DNA from: Cyanophora paradoxa CCMP329
Lineage: Eukaryota; Plantae; Glaucophyta
Assembly: GCA_004431415.1 (NCBI GenBank)
Contig: QPMI01000101.1
Span: forward strand, 124,001 to 188,000
Reading direction: 5' to 3'
Length of the DNA stretch: 64,000 bases
A program made the position numbers and the translations under genes. Under the pieces are notes generated by a model. That model was given only the letters and a program-made list of their open reading frames with translations, did not search any database and had not been told where the DNA came from. Every line of letters starts with the position of its first letter. Position 1 is the first letter of the stretch. Of this stretch, positions 61,863-64,000 are shown one piece after another.

Positions 61863-63503
61863 CTAGCAGACCGCGCCCGGCCCTGTGCAAGTGCGGCAAG
61901 TGCGGGCCGCGCGCGGAGGTGCAAGGGGGGGGTACTGGTACACATTGCAGGGTACTTGGGGGGGAGGCGGGGGGCGCAGGGGAGGGGGGCGGAGGGGGCA
62001 GCTAGAGAGGCAAGGCGGGCGGCCGGGCGAGGCGGGCGGGGTGGCGAGGCGGGTAGGTGGGGTGGCGACGCTGGCGGCGGCGGGCGGGAAAGCGGGATCC
62101 GGAGGAGAGACAGGTGGCACCGGGCCCTGCGCGTAGCCTGCGCATGCGCAGAACCGAGGCGTCAGCTCGCCCCGGACAGCGGCCGTGCGGGGGCGGGGCC
62201 CAGCGGGGGCGGCCGGGCCATGGCCATGTGCGCAGCAGCAGCGGCGGAGCGAACCTGGAGTCGACGAAGTTGAAGCAGCCGGCAGGGCGGCGGGCGGGGA
62301 AGCGGGCGGAGCGGCAGGTGGCGCCGGGCCCTGCACGTAGCCTGCGCATGCGCAGAACCGAGGCGTCAGTTCGCCCCGGACAGCGGCCGTGCGGGGGCGG
62401 GGCCCAGCGGGGGCGGCCGGGTCAGATGCGAAGCAGCAGCGGCGGGGCGAACCTGGAGTCGACGAAGCTGAAGCAGCCGGCGGGGCGGCGGGCGAGGAAG
62501 CGGGCGGAGCGGCAGGTGGCGCCGGGCCCTGCGCGTAGCCTGCGTGCGCAGGGCCGAGGCGTCAGCTCGCCCCGGACGTCGACAGCGGCGCCGGCGGCGC
62601 CGGCGCGGGGCCCAGCGAGGTCGGCCGGGTGACGCGCGCGGCAGCAGCGGCGCCGGCGGGGCGAACCTGGAGTCGACGAAGCTGAAGCAGCGGGCGGGGC
62701 GACAGGCAGGGAGCAGCTGCTGAAGCAGCTGGCGCGCGGAGCAGCTGGGAGCAGCGGGCAGGGAAGCAGCCCGGCGCGGCGAACTAGGAGCAGCTGTGAA
62801 TACTGCGACGCCGCCACCCGGCCCTCCACTACCGTAGTACAGCTAGTACGGAGCGCCGGCCGCGGCCGCCGGTCAAGCCACGCATCCGGTCCGGCCGCGC
62901 CGCGGCGGGCCGAGGCGTGCGAGTGGTGATCCGCCCCGTACTTGCGCTTGAAGGGCTTGACATCGCCGAGCTGAAGTCCGCCTGAACTGGATCATTGGCG
63001 GAGTCCGCCTGGAGGGTGGGCGAAACGCCGCGGCCCGGGTGCGCACCGGAGAAGGCGCCCGCTTCTTTCTGCACTCTCTCGAGCTCACGGCGGGTACTGC
63101 AACACGATATCGGCATCCATTCCTTCCCTGCTCGAGTCTCGAAACAATCCAACTCGCAGGAGCGCTTTTTTCCGGCGCCCGGTACAACAGGTACTTGAGG
63201 CGGCCTAGCGCGCCGCACGCCGCTTCTCGAGGCCAGGCATGTATGACAAAGTTTGTAGAGCGCATTGAGAGCAATCAGGAGCACGTGGTCCGGCGCGTAT
63301 AGCAACAGCAGGTGAGGCGCGACCTCAACATGTTTGCGCAGCCCCGCCCTTGCATTTTTTTTCGCCGCTCGCAGCGGCTACGATGCGATCACACCTATAC
63401 GAGAGCGCATGCAAAGAATCGCATCTTACAAAAATTGCTGACACAGAAAGTACGCCGCACCAACTCACCAGGGGAGCAAGGGAGGGGGTACCCCCCCTTG
63501 CAA
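61863..63503 (-). mobile_element. Non-autonomous rolling-circle-like element (Helitron/Helentron-type), copy 2, inverted relative to copy 1
   Basis: Reverse complement of 44935-46576: same TTGCAAGGGGGGGTAC 5' end, subterminal inverted repeat, central ~200-bp tandem array, 3' hairpin and CTAG. Confidence 0.7.
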
Positions 63504-64000
63504 CAAAATTCTGTCAATACGTCTCGCTGCACAAAGAACGTATCGCACGCCCCGCAAACACGCTCAGCGGCTTAAAAGGTGGAGACGACTCATATCTCCA
63601 GACGTTTTTCTCAAAAGTTGAAAACATGCCGTCGAAGTGCGATTCCGGCTTCCAAAACTGCATGCATATGACTCATGATCAGCTGCAGTGATCACTCGAG
63701 CTCAGTGACTAAGAACATCTGATCGCGAATGTGTACGTAGCTCAGCACGACGCTCAATTGCAATACAGAATTCGAAGAGCGGGGGGCTCCGATATCGGTG
63801 TTCGCGAGTCCAATGAGGATGTAGTTGATGCCCGACATCATCAAAGTCGCCCCCGCGCGCCAGGAAAGGAGCGCGGACATCGATCGCGAGGGAGGGGTAC
63901 AACCAGACATTAAAGGTGGGTACAAGGCAAAACTCAACTCGGAACAAGTTTGTGGAGCTCTAGCTCATGATCAAGCTCGCTCAGCTGTACCTCAAGCTCG

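Overview
A very GC-rich eukaryotic nuclear region with many short introns, no CRISPR or prokaryotic operon structure. The ORF track fragments nearly every gene, so I reconstructed genes by joining exons by eye. A plastid-type FKBP with an early Phe in its presequence, cyanobacterial-style GAF domains and (CCCTAA)n suggest an alga, possibly a glaucophyte such as Cyanophora; this is inference only. Host genes: a beta-helix (GGA/FxxN-repeat) surface protein, thylakoid-type FKBP, EXO1, PQBP1, a polycystin-domain fragment, a FabZ-like protein, a ubiquitin-domain protein, a double-domain GDA1/CD39 NTPDase, a multi-GAF hybrid histidine kinase, a Ctr copper transporter, SEL1L/Hrd3 and a broken TRANK1-like gene. 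Mobile DNA: (1) an intron-containing retroviral-type integrase transposon whose introns are built from its own terminal motif; (2) a 5'-truncated LINE; (3) a 4.9-kb TGT..ACA TIR element with an ATGT target duplication that splits the TRANK1-like ORF and carries a captured tlyA fragment; (4) two inverted copies of a Helitron/Helentron-hybrid element, one inserted into a TA-flanked MITE. Window-wide patterns are frequent GC-AG introns and many 6-bp, often palindromic, tandem duplications in non-coding DNA.
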